A stretch of DNA of 64,000 bases, taken from NCBI GenBank assembly GCA_964016885.1, contig OZ024741.1, forward strand, positions 400,830,001 through 400,894,000. Direction: 5' to 3'. The position numbers were made by a program, and so were the translations under genes. The notes under the pieces are model-generated. The model was not told where the DNA came from and made no database searches. It worked only from the letters and a program-made list of their open reading frames with translations. The stretch is from Eledone cirrhosa (taxonomy: Eukaryota). How positions within the stretch are numbered: position 1 is the stretch's first letter; each line of letters begins with the position of its first letter. Positions 1-14,500 of the stretch are shown piece by piece.

Positions 1-2
1 GG

Positions 3-209
3 ATTGATTATTTTCCTTTAACCAAAGCTATCCGGTATACTCTTGACCATGGTACAGGACTTGTAACAAGTCCTACACCAGTAACAAAACTTCCAACAAA
101 ACCTCCAGAAAAACCAAGGACAACCACTGCAGGAGCCACTTTTGTTTATACCTCAAACTATATTGCAGCATGCATCCTTACAGCTTATATCTTCTATTAT
201 AATATCTGA
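3..209 (+). CDS. 3' terminal coding exon (5' end outside window); possibly GH18 chitinase-like C-terminus with Thr/Pro linker and hydrophobic (GPI-signal/TM-like) tail
   Basis: Open frame from window edge to TGA at 207-209: IDYFPLTKAIRYTLDHGTGLVTSPTPVTKLPTKPPEKPRTTTAGATFVYTSNYIAACILTAYIFYYNI*. FPLTKAI resembles the YPL..AI helix ending GH18 catalytic domains. AATAAA at 223-228 and AT-rich sequence follow. Family assignment rests on a short motif only. Confidence 0.55.
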   Translation: MDYFPLTKAIRYTLDHGTGLVTSPTPVTKLPTKPPEKPRTTTAGATFVYTSNYIAACILTAYIFYYNI

Positions 210-554
210 AAGAATCTTCTAGAATAAAAGAACAAGAACATAGAGGACCGCACAATTCTAGAGTACCTATTTATTTATAATAACCATATTGGTACTTCAT
301 TGTGATTGGATTTCCAGCAACTTTCAAATTGGTATTTTGAGATTTTTTAATATAAATATTTAAATCAAATTTGGTATTTGAATTCTTTTTTTTAAATTGT
401 ACTATTTAAAAATGTCATTTGGAAGTTTGTACAGCTAAAGCTAAGGTTTTGGTTTTATGTTTTGGAAACAGTTATCTTATAGCTAAAGATACTCTTCAAG
501 GTTGATAAAAAAATGACCAGGGAAGAATTGAGGTTGATCCAGTGTCGTAGTTAG

Positions 555-1095
555 AGTTTGTCACCCAGAGAAGTCCCCTGTATCACCTAGGGAAGTCATG
601 TGTTGCCCAGGGCAGTCTCCTGTGTCACTCAGGACAGTCGTGTGTCACCTTGGGTAGTCCTAGGTCACACCCACTCAGGGCAGTCGTGTGTCACCTAGGG
701 CAGTCTCCTGTGTCACCCAGGGCAGTCATGTGTCACCCAAAGTAGTCTTTTGTCACCCAGTGCAGTTCTATGTTGCCCAGGGCAGTCATGTGTCACCCAG
801 GGCAGTCATGTGTCACCCAGGGCAGTCATGTGTCATCCAGAGCAGTCATGTGTCACCCAAGGTAGTCTTGTGTCACCCAGTGCAGTTCTATGTTGCCCAG
901 GGCAGTCATGTGTCACCCCACCCAGGGCAGTCATGTGTCACCCAGGGTAGTCTTGTGTCACCCAGTGCAGTCCTATGTGCCCAGGGCAGTTCTGTGTCAC
1001 CCAAGGTAGTCTTGTGTCACCCAGTGCAGTCCTACTTTTCCCAGAGCAGTCTTGTATCACTCAGGACAGTTCCCTGTATTACCCAGGGCAATCCC
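555..1095. repeat. ~20-bp minisatellite (gtgtcacccagggcagtcat and variants)
   Basis: Tandem copies of tgtgtcacccagggcagtc(a/t) with recurring variants (ggtagtcttg, tgcagttcta); degenerate at both edges. Confidence 0.9.
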
Positions 1096-2435
1096 CTAAA
1101 GAATTAGTAGAGTTATTATGGAGTTGGAAAAATACTTTGTGGTATTCCAGCTGTGTTCTGAGTTAAAATCAGATCATAGTCAACTTTTGTTTTTTGTTGT
1201 TTTGGGAGTTGATAAAATAAAGTAGCAGAGCTGGAGGTAAGGAGTTGTAAGAAGCCTTCACTTAACGCCATGCAATGTTTTCCTGTGGGGCTGGGTAAAC
1301 CTCTGACTCAATTGGAGGAACACATTCATCATATACTGACCAACATAGCACCTGAGTTGTTGAGGAAGTACCCAGACCAGAGGTGAGGAACCTGTTCATG
1401 TTAAAAGCTCACTTCAATAGATATGTTTGCTAATGTTTCACAGGGAAATCTGATATTTCTTTCTTTTCTCTGACATTAGAATGTGTCTTTTAATAAACAA
1501 TGCAAAGCTTCAAAAATATAAACTTATCTTCAGCCATAGCAAGTGTTGCTATGGCTGAAGATGTTTATCTACAATCAGTCAGATGTTTTTAGACATCACT
1601 TTGCACACTGCATCTGATTATTCTTATGTCCAGTTTTTCACTCAGCTCTCCCGTGCTTCATTGTTCCTGCACATTAGCATTACACGTTACTTATAATATA
1701 ATATGGTCACATTCAAGAAACCATAATTATATATTCTTATAAACAACATTATTTTGTAAATATCTAATTACTGTGTACTAATTATCTAAAAAAATACGAA
1801 ACAAATGTAATTTTAAATCTAACATCCTTTTAATGACTTTGTTGTGATTGGTTGTTGTAGGAAAACATTTTAATATTTGGTTGCCACATGGAGGTTTGAA
1901 GTTTCAAAAGATGGTGATACACCATTTGTGATGCGAAGGGTGTCTTGATTTAGGGTTAGGCGAATGTAGATTCACAACAATAAGTGGTTTAAATTAAAAT
2001 AATGAGATAGACAAAAACATAATAAAAATTAAAAATTTTAAATAATAAAATGAAATTATTGTGTACAGTGTTGAGGTGCACAAATTTATTGGAAACGTTT
2101 GATTCCTTCAAAAGACCACAGTGTATAGCATAGAAGACCACAGGTTCCCTATCTCTGACCCAGACGATTACAAACACAGGTGTACAATGTTGGGGACTAT
2201 GTATAATTTTAACACTCTACTGTACTAATCAACCAGAAATTAATAAAATTGGCAATTTTAAATAGGGAGTTTCTTTCCATCCACCCTTTATATCACCTCT
2301 AGAAAGATCTTAGCAGATAAGAGTTAATTAGATACATCCACCTTTCATTCAGAATCACCCAATACATTCTTTTCTCCAACTTCCAATAACAATGTTGTAT
2401 CTCAAACCTATTCCCCTCCACGCTTTAGTTTAAAC

Positions 2436-2541
2436 CAGCGGTTCCCAACCTTTTGTACACCATGCCCCACCTCAACATCTCATGGTCATCAGCATGACCA
2501 GTGATTCACAACCTTTTATGCACCATGCGCCACCTCAACAT
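2436..2541 (+). mobile_element. Isolated hAT-like transposon terminus
   Basis: cagcggttcccaacctttt (hAT/Charlie-type TIR pattern) preceded by gtttaaac. The internal segment ttc.caacctttt...caccatgc.ccacctcaacat occurs twice, 63 bp apart. No matching right TIR seen. Confidence 0.5.
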
Positions 2542-2542
2542 A

Positions 2543-5500
2543 GTGTGCCATATAGGTGATGCCAGATACAATAACATGTGGTGGAAGTGAGACAGGAGTT
2601 TCTGACAGTAATGTGTACTGTCAGTAAGGTGGTTCCAGATGTACAATAACATGTGGTGGAGGTGAGACAGGAGTTTCTGACAGTAATGTGGTGTACCATA
2701 TAGGAGGTGCCAGATGTACAATACCATGTGGTGGAGGTGAGACAAGAGTTTCTGACAGTAATGTGTACCATATAGGTGGTGCCAGATATACAATACCATG
2801 TGGTGGAGGTGAGACAGGAGTTACTGACAGTAATGTGTACCTTATAGGTGGTGCCAGATGTACAAAAACATGTGGTGGAGGTTAGAAAAGAGTTTCTGAC
2901 AGTAATGTGTACCATATAGGTGGTGCCAGATGTACAATAACATGTGGTGGTGGTGTGACATGAGTTTGTGACAGTAATGTATACCATATAGGTGGTGCCA
3001 GATGTACAATAACATGTGGTGGAGGTGAGACAGGAGTTTCTAACAGGAATGTGTACCATATAGGTGGTGCCAGATGTACAATAACATGTAGTGGAGGTGA
3101 GACAGGAGTTTCTGACAGTAATGTAATGTACCATATAGGTGGTGCCAGATGTACAATAACAAGTAGAGGAGGTGAGACAGGAGTTTCTGACAGTAATGTG
3201 TACATTATAGGAGGTGCCAGATGTACAATAACATGTGGTGGATGTGAGACAGGCGTCTCTGACAGTAATGTGTACCATATAGAAGGTGCCAGATGTACAA
3301 TAACATGTGGTGTAGGTGAGACTGCTGTTTCTGACTGAAATGTGTACCATATAGGTGGTGCCAGATGTACAACAACATGTGGTGGACGTGAGACAGGAGT
3401 TTCTGACAGTAATGTGATGTACCATATAGGTGATGCCAGATGTACAATAACATTTCGTGGAGGTGAGAAGGAGTTTCTGACAGTAATATGCCATATAGAA
3501 GGTGGGACAGGAATTTTTGACAGTAATGTGTAACTTATAGGTGGTGCCAGATGTACATTAACCTGTGGTGGAGGTGAGACAGGAGTTTCTAACAGTGGTG
3601 TGTACCATATAGGAGGTGCCAGATGTACAATAGCATTTCGTGGGGGTGGACAGGAGTTTCTGACAGTAATGTGGTGTACCATATAGGTGATGCCAGATGT
3701 ACAATAACATGTGATGGAGGTGAGACAGGAGTTTATGACAGTAATGTGGTGTACAATAAAGGTGATGCCAGATGTACAATAACATGTGGTGGAGGTGAGA
3801 CAGGAGTTTCTGACAATAATGTGGTGTACCATATAGGTGGTTCCAGATTTATAATAACATGTGTGGAGGTGAGATAGGAGTTTATGATAGTAATGTGGTG
3901 TACCATATAGGTGGTGCCAGATGTACAATAACATGTGGCGGAGGTGTGACAGGAGTTTGTGACAGTAATGTATACCATATAGGTGGTGCCACATGTACAA
4001 TAACATGTGGTGGAGGTGAGACAGGAGTTTCTAACAGAAATGTGTACCATATAGGTGGTGACAGATGTACAATAACATGTGGTGGATTTGAAACAGGTGT
4101 CTCTGACAGTAATGTGTACCATATAGAAGGCGCCAGATGTACAATAACATGTGGTGAAGGTGAGACTGGAGTTTCTGACTGAAATGTGTACCATATAGGT
4201 GGTGCCAGATGTACAATAACATCTGGTGGAGGTGACATAGGAGTTTCTGACAGTAATATGCCATATAGTAGGTACCAGCTGTACAATAACATGTGGTGGA
4301 GGTGAGTGAGGTGTTTCTGACAGTAATGTGTACCTTATAGGAGGTGCCAGATGTACAATAACACGTGGTGGAGGTGAGACAGGAGTTTATGACAGTAATG
4401 TGGTGTACCATATAGGTGATGCCAGATGTACAATAACATGTGGTGGAGGTGAGACAGGAGTTATATGACAGTAATATGGTGTACCATATAGGTGATGCCA
4501 GATGTACAATAACATGTGGTGGAGGTGAGACAGGTGTTTCTGACAATAATGTGGTGTACCATATAGGTGGTTCCAGATTTATAATAACATGTGTGGAGGT
4601 GAGATAGGAGTTTCTGATAGTAATGTGTACCATATAGGTGGTGCCAGATGTACAATAACATGTGGTGGAGGTGAGACTAGTTTCTGACAATAATGTGATC
4701 TACCATATAGGTGAAATCAGATGTACAATAACATGTGGTGGAGGTGTGACCGGAGTTTGTGACAGTAATGTTTACCATATAGGTGATACCAGATGAACAA
4801 TAACATGTGGTGGTGGTGTGACAAGAGTTTCTGACAGTAATGTATTGTACCATATAGGTGGTGCCAGATGTACGATAACATGTGGTGGAGGTGAGGCAGG
4901 AGTTTCTGACAGTAATGTGTACCATATAGGTGGTGCCAGATGTGCAATAACATGTGGTGGAGGTGAGACAGGAGTTTCTGACAGTAATGTGGTCTACAAT
5001 ATAGGTGATGCCAGATGTACAATAACATGTGGTGGAGGTGAGACCGGAGTTTTTGACAGTAATGTGTACATTATAGGTGGTGCCAGATGTACAATAACAT
5101 GTGATGAAGGTGAGACAGGAGTTTCTGACAGTAATGTGGTGTACCATATAGTTGATGCCAGATGTACAATAACATGTGGTGGAGGTGAGGCAGGAGTTTC
5201 TGACAGTAATGTGTACCATATAGGTGGTGCCAGATGTACAATCACATGTGGTGGGGGTGAGGCAGGAGTTTCTGACCGTAATGTGTACCTTATAGGATGT
5301 GCCAGATGTACAATAACATGTGGTGGGAGTGAAACATGAGTTTCCAACAGAAATGTGTACCTTATAGAAGGTGCCAGATGTACCATAACATGTGGTGGAG
5401 GTGGGACAGGAGTTTCTGACACTAATGTGGTGTACCATATAGGTGACGCCAGATTCATAATAACATGTGTGGAGGTGAGACAGGAGTTTCTGGCAGTAAA

Positions 5501-8500
5501 ATCGTGTACCATATAGGAAGTGCCAGTTGTACGATTAGATGTGTGGAGGTGAGACAGGAGTTTTTGACAGTAATGTGTTCCATATAGGTGATGCCAGATG
5601 TACAATAACATGGGGTGGAGGTGAGACAGGAGTTTCTGACAGTAATGTGTACCATATAGGAGGTGCCAGATGTACAATAACATGTGGTGGAGGTGAGACA
5701 GGAGTTTCTGACAGTAATGTGGTGTACCATATATGTGATGCCAGATGTACAATAACATGTGGTGGAGGTGAGAGAGGATTTTCTTACAGTAATGTGGTGT
5801 ACCATATAGGTGCTGCCAGATGTATAATTAGATGTGTGGAGGTGAGACAGGAGTTTTGACAGTAATGTGTACCTAGTAGGTGGTGCCAGACGTACAATAA
5901 AATGTGTGGTGGAGGTGAGACAGGAGTTTTGACAGTAATGTGTACCTTGTAGGTGGTGCCAGATGTACAATAACATGTGGTGGAGGTTTGACAGGAGTTT
6001 CTAACAATAATGCGTTGTACCATATAGGTGATGCCAGATGTACAATAACATGTGGTGGAGGTGAGGCAGGAGTTTCTGACAGTAATGTGTTGTACCATAT
6101 AGGTGTTGCCAGATGTACAATGACATGTGGTGGAGGTGTGACAGGAGTTTGTGACAGTAATATGGTGTACCATATATGTGACGCCAGATGTACAATAACA
6201 TGTGGTGGGGGTGAGAGAGGATTTTCTTTCAGTAATGTGGTGTACCATATAGGTGCTGCCAGATGTATAATAACATGTGTGGAGGTGAGACAGGAGTTTC
6301 TGACTGTAATGTGGTGTACCATATAGGTGGTGCCAGATGTACAATAACATGTGTGGTGGAGGTGAGACAGGAGTTTTGACAGTAATGTGTACCTTGTAGG
6401 TGGTGCCAGATGTACAATAACATGTGGTGGAGGTTTCACAGGAGTTTGTGACAGTAATGTGTTCGATATAGGTGATGCCAGATGTACAATAACATGTGGT
6501 GGAGGTGTGACAGAAGTTTGTGACAGTAATGTGTACCATATAGGGGGTGCCAGATGTACAATAACATGTGGTGGAGGTGGAACAGGAGTTTATGACACTA
6601 ATGTGGTGTACCATATAGGTGGTGCCAGATGTACAATAACATGTGGTGGAGGTTTGACAGGAGTTTGTGACAGTAATGTGTTCCATATAGGTGATGCCAG
6701 ATGTACAATAACATGTGGTGGAGGTGAGACAAGATTTTCTGACAGTAATGTGTTGTACCATATAGTTGGTGCCAGATGTACAATAACATGTGGTGGAGGT
6801 GTGACAGGAGTTTATGACAGTAATGTGTACCATATAGGTGGTGCCAGATGTACAATAACATGTGGTGGAGGTGAGACAGGAGATTCTAACTGTAATATGT
6901 ACCATATAGGTGGTGCCAGATGTACAATAACATGTGGTGGGTGTGAGACAGGAGTTTCTGACAGTAATGTGTACCTTATAGGAGATGCCAGATGTACAAT
7001 AATAATGTCGTGGAGTTGAGACAGGAGTTTCTGACAGTAATGTGTACATTATAGGAGGTGCCAGATGTACAATAACATGTGGTGATTTGAGACAGGTGTC
7101 TCTGACAGTAATGTGTACCATACAGAAGGTGCCAGATGTACAATAACATGTGGTGGAGGTGAGACTGGAGTTTCTGACTGAAATGTGTACCATATAGGTG
7201 GTGCCAGATGTACAATAACATGTGATGGAGGTGACATAGGGTTTTCTGACAGTAATATGCCATATAGTACGTACCAGCTGTACAAAAACATGTGGTGGAG
7301 GTGAGACAGATGTTTCTGACAGTAATGTGTACCTTATAGGAGGTGCCAGATGTACAATAACATGTGGTCGAGGTGAGACAGGAGTTTCTAGCAGTAATGT
7401 GTTGTAACATATAGGTGGTTCCAGATTTATTATAACATGTGTGGAGGTGAGATAGGAGTTTCTGACAGTAATGTGGTGTACCATATAGGTGATGCGAGAT
7501 GTACAATAACATGTGGTGGAGATGAGACAGGAGTTTCTGACAGTAATGTGTACCTTATAAGAAGTTCCAGATGTACAATAACATGTGGTGGAGGTGAGAC
7601 AGGAGTTTATGACAGTAATATTGTGTACCATATAGGTGATGCCAGATGTACAATAACATGTGGTGGGGGTGAGGCAGGAGTTTCCAACAGTAATTTGTAC
7701 CATATAAGTGGTGCCTGATGTGCAATAACATGTGGTGGACGTGAGACAGGTGTCTCTGACAGTAATGTATACATTATAGGGGGTGCCAGATGTACAATAA
7801 CATGTGGTGGATGTGAGACAGGTGTCTCTGACAGTAATGTGTACCATATAGAAGGTGCCAGATGTACAATAACATGTGGTGGAACTGAGACTGGAGTTTC
7901 TGACTGAAATGTGTACCATATAGGTGGTGCCAGATGTACAATAACATGTGGTGGAGTTGAGACGGGAGTTTCTGACAGTAATGTGGTCTACAATATAGGG
8001 GATGCCAGATGTACAATAACATGTGCTGGAGTTGAGACCGGAGTTTTTGACAGTAATGTGTACATTATAGGTGGTGCCAGATGTACAATAACATGTGGTG
8101 AAGGTGAGAGAGGATTTTCTGACAGTAATGTGGTGTACCATATAGTTGATGCCAGATGTACAATAACATGTGGTGGAGGTGAGGCAGGAGTTTCTGACAG
8201 TAATGTGTACCATATAGGTGGTGCCAGATGTACAATTACATGTGGTGTGGGTGAGGCAGGAGTTTCTGACCGTAATGTGTACCTTATAGGATGTGCCAGA
8301 TGTACAATAACATGTGGTGGGAGTGAAACATGTGTTTCCAACAGAAATGTGTACCTTATAGAAGGTGCCAGATGTACCATAACATGTGGTGGAGGTGTGA
8401 CAGGAGTTTCTGAAACTAATGTCGTGTACCATATAGGTGATGCCAGATTCATAATAACATGTGTGGAGGTGAGACAGGAGTTTCTTGCTGTAAAATGGTG

Positions 8501-11500
8501 TACCATATAGGAAGTGCCAGATGTACGATTAGATGTGTGGAGGTGAGACTGGAGTTTTTGACAGTAATGTGTACCATATAGGTGATGCCAGATGTACAAT
8601 AACATGTGGTGGAGGTGAGACAGGAGTTTCTGACAGTAATGTGTACCATATAGGAGGTGCCAGATGTACAATAACATGTGGTGGAGGTGAGACAGGAGTT
8701 TCTTACAGTAATGTGGTGTACCATATAGGTGCTGCCAGATGTATAATAACATGTGTGGAGGTGAGACAAGAGTTTCTGACAGTAATGTGGTGTACCATAT
8801 AGGTGGTGCAAGATGTACAATAAGATGTGTGGTGGAGGTGAGACAGGAGTTTTGACAGTAATGTGTACCTTGTAGGTGGTGCCAGATGTACAATAACATG
8901 TGGTGGAGGTTTCACAGGAGTTTGTGACAGTAATGTGTTCCATATAGGTGGTGCCAGATGTACAATAACATGTGGTGGAGGTGAGACAGGAGTTTCTAAC
9001 AATAATGCGTTGTACCATATAGGTGATGCCAGATGTACAATAACATGTGGTGGAGGTGTGACAGGAGTTTGTGACAGTAATGTGTACCATATAGGTGGTG
9101 CCAGATATACAATAACATGTGGTGGAGGTGGGACCTGAGTTTATGACAGTAATGTGGTGTACCATATAGGTGGTGCCAGATGTACAATAACATATGGTGG
9201 AGCTGAGACTGGAGTTTCAGACTGAAATGTGTACCATATAGGTGGTGCCAGATGTACAATAACATGTGGTGGAGGTGACACAGGAGTTTCTGACAGTAAT
9301 GTGGTCTACAATATAGGTGATGCCAGATGTACAATAACATGTGGTGGAGTTGAGACTGGAGTTTTTGACAGTAATGTGTACCTTATAGGAGGTGCCAGAT
9401 GTACAATAACATGTGGTGGCGGTGAGACAGGAGTTTATGACAGTAATGTGTACATTATAGGAGGTGCCAGTTGTACAATAATATGTGGTGGATGTGAGTC
9501 AGGTGTCTCTGACAGTAATGTGTACCATATAGGTGGTGCCAGATGTACAACATGTGGTGGAGGTGAGACGGGAGTTTCTGACAGTAATGTGATGTACCAT
9601 ATAGGTGATGCCAGATGTACAATAACATTTCGTTGAGGGGAGACAGGAGTTTCTGACAGGAATATGCCATATAGGAGGTACCAGCTGTACAATAACATGT
9701 GTTGGAGGTACGAAAGGTGTTTCTGAGAGTAATGTGTATCTTATAGGAGGTGCCAGATGTACAATAACATGTGGTGGAGGTGAGACAGTTGTTTATGACA
9801 GTAATGTGGTGTACCATATAGGTGATGCCAGATGTACAACAACATGTGGTGGAGATGAGACAGGAGTTTCTGACATTAATGTGGTGTACCATATAGGTCA
9901 TTCCAGACGTACAATAACATGTGGTGGAGGTGAGACAGGAGTTTCTGACAATAATGTGGTGTACCATATAGGTGGTTCCAGATTTATAATAACATGTGTG
10001 GAGGTGAGACAGGAGTTTCTGATAGTAATGTGGTGTAAACATATAGGTGGTGCCAGATGTACAATAACATGTGGTGGGTGTGAGACAGGAGTTTCTGACA
10101 GTACTGTGTACCTTATAGGAGGTGCCAGATGTACAATAACATGTGATGGAGGTGAGACAGGAGTTCTGACAGTAATATGTACATTATAGGAGGTGCCAGA
10201 TGTACAATAACATGTGGTGGATTTGAGACAGGTGTCTCTGACAGTAATGTGTACCATATAGAAGGTGCCAGATGTACAATAACATGTGGTGGAGGTGAGA
10301 CAGGAGTTTATGACTGAAATTTGTACCATATAGGTGGTTCCAGATGTACAATAACATGTGGTGGAGGTGACATAGGGGTTTCTGACAGTAATATGCCATA
10401 TAGTAGTTACCAGCTGTACAATAACATGTGGTTGAGGTGAGACAGGTGTTTCGGACAGTAATGTGTACCTTATAGGAGGTGCCAAATGTACAATAACATG
10501 TGGTGGAGGTGAGACAGGAGTTTATGACAGTAATCTGGTGTTCCATATAGGTGATGCCAGATGTACAATAGCATGTGGTGGAGGTGAGACAGGGGTTTTT
10601 GACAGTAATGTGGTGTACCATATAGGTGATGCCAGATGTACAATAACATGTGGTGGGGGTGAGGCAGGAGTTTCCAACAGTAATGTGTACCATATAGGTG
10701 GTGCCTGCTGTGCAATAACATGAGGTGCAGGTGAGACAGGAGTTTCTGACAGTAATGTGTACATTATAGGAGGTGCCTGATGTACAATAACATGTGGTGG
10801 ATGTGAGACAGGTGTCTCTGACAGTAATGTGTACCATATAGAAGGTGCCAGATGTACAATAACATGTGTTGGAGTTGAGACCGGAGTTTTTGACAGTAAT
10901 GTGTACCTTATAGGAGGTGCCAGATGTACAATAACATGTGGTGGAGGTGAGACAGGTGTTTCTGACAGTAATGTGTACCTTATAGGAAATGCCAGATGTA
11001 CAATAACATTTGGTGGAAGTGAGACAGGAGTTTATGACAGTAATGTGGTGTACCATATAGGTGGTTCCAGATTTATAAGAACATGTGTGGAGGTGAGATA
11101 GGAGTTTATGATAATAATGTGGTGTACCATATAGGTGATGCCAGATGTACAATAACATGTGGTGGAGGTGACACTAGTTTCTGACAATAATGAGATCTAC
11201 CATATAGGTGATATCAGATGTACAACAACATGTGGTGGTGGTGTGACCGGAGTTTGTGACAGTAATGTTTCCCATATAGGTGATACCAGATGTACAATAA
11301 CATGCGGTGGATGTGTGACAGGAGTTTGTGACAGTAATATGTACCATATAGGAGGTGCCAGATGTACAATAACATGTGCTGGAGGTGAGACAGGAGTTTC
11401 TGTCAGTAATGTCTAACTTTTTGTTGGTGCCAGATGTACAATAACATGTGGTGGAGGTGGGACAGGAGGTTATGACAGTAATGTGTACCATATAGGAGGT

Positions 11501-14500
11501 TCCAGATGTACAATAACATGTGGTAGAGGTGAGACAGGAGTTTATGACAGTAATGTTGTGTACCATATAGGTGATGCCAGATGTACAATAACATGTGTTG
11601 GGGGTGAGGCAGGAGTTTCCAACAGTATTGTGTACCATATAAGTGGTGCCTGATGTGCAATAGCATGTGGTGGAGGTGAGACAGGAGTTTCTAACAGTAA
11701 TGTCTACATTATAGGAGGTGCCAGATGTACAATAACATGTGGTGGATGTGAGACAGGTGTCTCTGACAGTAATGTGTACCATATAGAAGGTGCCAGATGT
11801 ACAATAACATGTGGTGGAGCTGAGACAGGAGTTTCTGACTGAAATATGTACCATATAGGTGGTCCCAGATGTACAATAACATGTGGTGGAGGTGAGACAG
11901 GAGTTTCTGTCAGTAATGTGGTCTACAATATAGGTGATGCCAGATGTACAATAACATGTGGTGGAGTTGAGACCGGAGTTTTTGACAGTAATGTGGTGTA
12001 CCATATAGGTGGTGCCAGATGTACATAACATGTGGTGGAGTTGAAACAGGATTTTCTGACAGTAATGTGATATACAATATACGTGATGCCAGCTGTACAA
12101 TAACATTTCGTGGAGGTGAGACAGGAGTTTCTGACAGTAATATGCCATATAGGACGTACCAGCTGTACAATAATATGTTGTGGAGGTGAGACAGGTGTTT
12201 CTGACACTAATGTGCACCTTATAGGAGGTGCCAGATGTACAATAACATGTGGTGGGGGTGAGGCAGGAGTTTCTGACCATAAGGTGTACCTTATAGGATG
12301 TGCCAGATGTACAATAACATGTGGTGGCAGTGAAACAGGAGTTTCCAACGGTAATGTGTACTTTATAGGAGGTGCCGGATGTACAATAACATGTGGTGGA
12401 GGTGAGACAGGAGTTTCTGACACTAATGTGGTGTACCATATAGGTGATGCCAGATTCATAATGACGTGTGGACGTGAGACAGGAGTTTCTGACAATAATG
12501 TGTACCATATAGGAAGTGCCAGATGTACAATAACATGTGTGGAGATGAGACAGGAGTTTTTGACAGTAATGTGTACCATATAGGTGATGCCAGATGTACA
12601 ATAGCATGTGTGGTGGACGTGAGACAGGAGTTTTGACAGTAATGTGTACCTTGTAGGTGGTGCCAGATGTACAATAACATGTGGAGGTGGAGGTGAGACA
12701 GGAGTTTCTGACAGTAATGTGTACCTTATAGGAGGTGCCAGATGTACAATAACATGTGGTGGATCTGAGACAGGTGTCTCTGACAGTAATGTGTACCATA
12801 TAGAAGGTGCCAGATGTACAATAACATGTGGTTGAGTTGAGACCGGAGTTTTTGACAGTAATGTGGTGTACCATATAGGTGGTGCCAGATGTACAATAAC
12901 ATGTGGTGGAGGTGAGACAGGAGTTTTCTGACAGTAATGTGTACCTTTTAGGAGGTGCCAGATGTACAATAACATCTGGTGGAGGTGAGACAGGTGTTTC
13001 TGACAGTAATGTGTACCATATAGGAGGTGCCAGATGTACAATAACATGTGGTGGAGGTGAGACAGGAGTTTCTGACAGTAATGTGGTGTACCATATAGGT
13101 GATGCCAAATGTACAATAACATGTGGTGGAGGTGAGACCAGAGTTTCTGACAGTAATGTGGTGTACCATATAGGTGGTGCCAGATGTACAATAACATGTG
13201 TTGCAGTGAGATAGGAGTTTCTGACAGTAATGTGTACCATATAGGTGGTTCCAGATGTACAATAACATGTGGTGGAGGTGACATAGGGGTTTCTGACAGT
13301 AATATGCCATATAGTAGTTACCAGCTGTACAATAACATGTGGTTGAGGTGAGACAGGTGTTTCGGACAGTAATGTGTACCTTATAGGAGGTGCCAAATGT
13401 ACAATAACATGTGGTGGAGGTGAGACAGGAGTTTATGACAGTAATCTGGTGTTCCATATAGGTGATGCCAGATGTACAATAGCATGTGGTGGAGGTGAGA
13501 CAGGGGTTTTTGACAGTAATGTGGTGTACCATATAGGTGATGCCAGATGTACAATAACATGTGGTGGGGGTGAGGCAGGAGTTTCCAACAGTAATGTGTA
13601 CCATATAGGTGGTGCCTGCTGTGCAATAACATGAGGTGCAGGTGAGACAGGAGTTTCTGACAGTAATGTGTACATTATAGGAGGTGCCAGATGTACAATA
13701 ACATGTGGTGGATGTGAGACAGGTGTCTCTGACAGTAATGTGTACCATATAGAAGGTGCCAGATGTACAATAACATGTGTTGGAGTTGAGACCGGAGTTT
13801 TTGACAGTAATGTGTACCTTATAGGAGGTGCCAGATGTACAATAACATGTGGTGGAGGTGAGACAGGTGTTTCTGACAGTAATGTGTACCTTATAGGAAA
13901 TGCCAGATGTACAATAACATTTGGTGGAAGTGAGACAGGAGTTTATGACAGTAATGTGGTGTACCATATAGGTGGTTCCAGATTTATAAGAACATGTGTG
14001 GAGGTGAGATAGGAGTTTATGATAATAATGTGGTGTACCATATAGGTGATGCCAGATGTACAATAACATGTGGTGGAGGTGACACTAGTTTCTGACAATA
14101 ATGAGATCTACCATATAGGTGATATCAGATGTACAACAACATGTGGTGGTGGTGTGACCGGAGTTTGTGACAGTAATGTTTCCCATATAGGTGATACCAG
14201 ATGTACAATAACATGCGGTGGATGTGTGACAGGAGTTTGTGACAGTAATGTGTACCATATAGGAGGTGCCAGATGTACAATAACATGTGCTGGAGGTGAG
14301 ACAGGAGTTTCTGTCAGTAATGTCTAACTTTTTGTTGGTGCCAGATGTACAATAACATGTGGTGGAGGTGGGACAGGAGGTTATGACAGTAATGTGTACC
14401 ATATAGGAGGTTCCAGATGTACAATAACATGTGGTAGAGGTGAGACAGGAGTTTATGACAGTAATGTTGTGTACCATATAGGTGATGCCAGATGTACAAT

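Noticed and set aside
688-1166. ORFs over the 20-bp minisatellite
   Set aside because: Translations of a stop-poor tandem repeat, with no splice or composition support.
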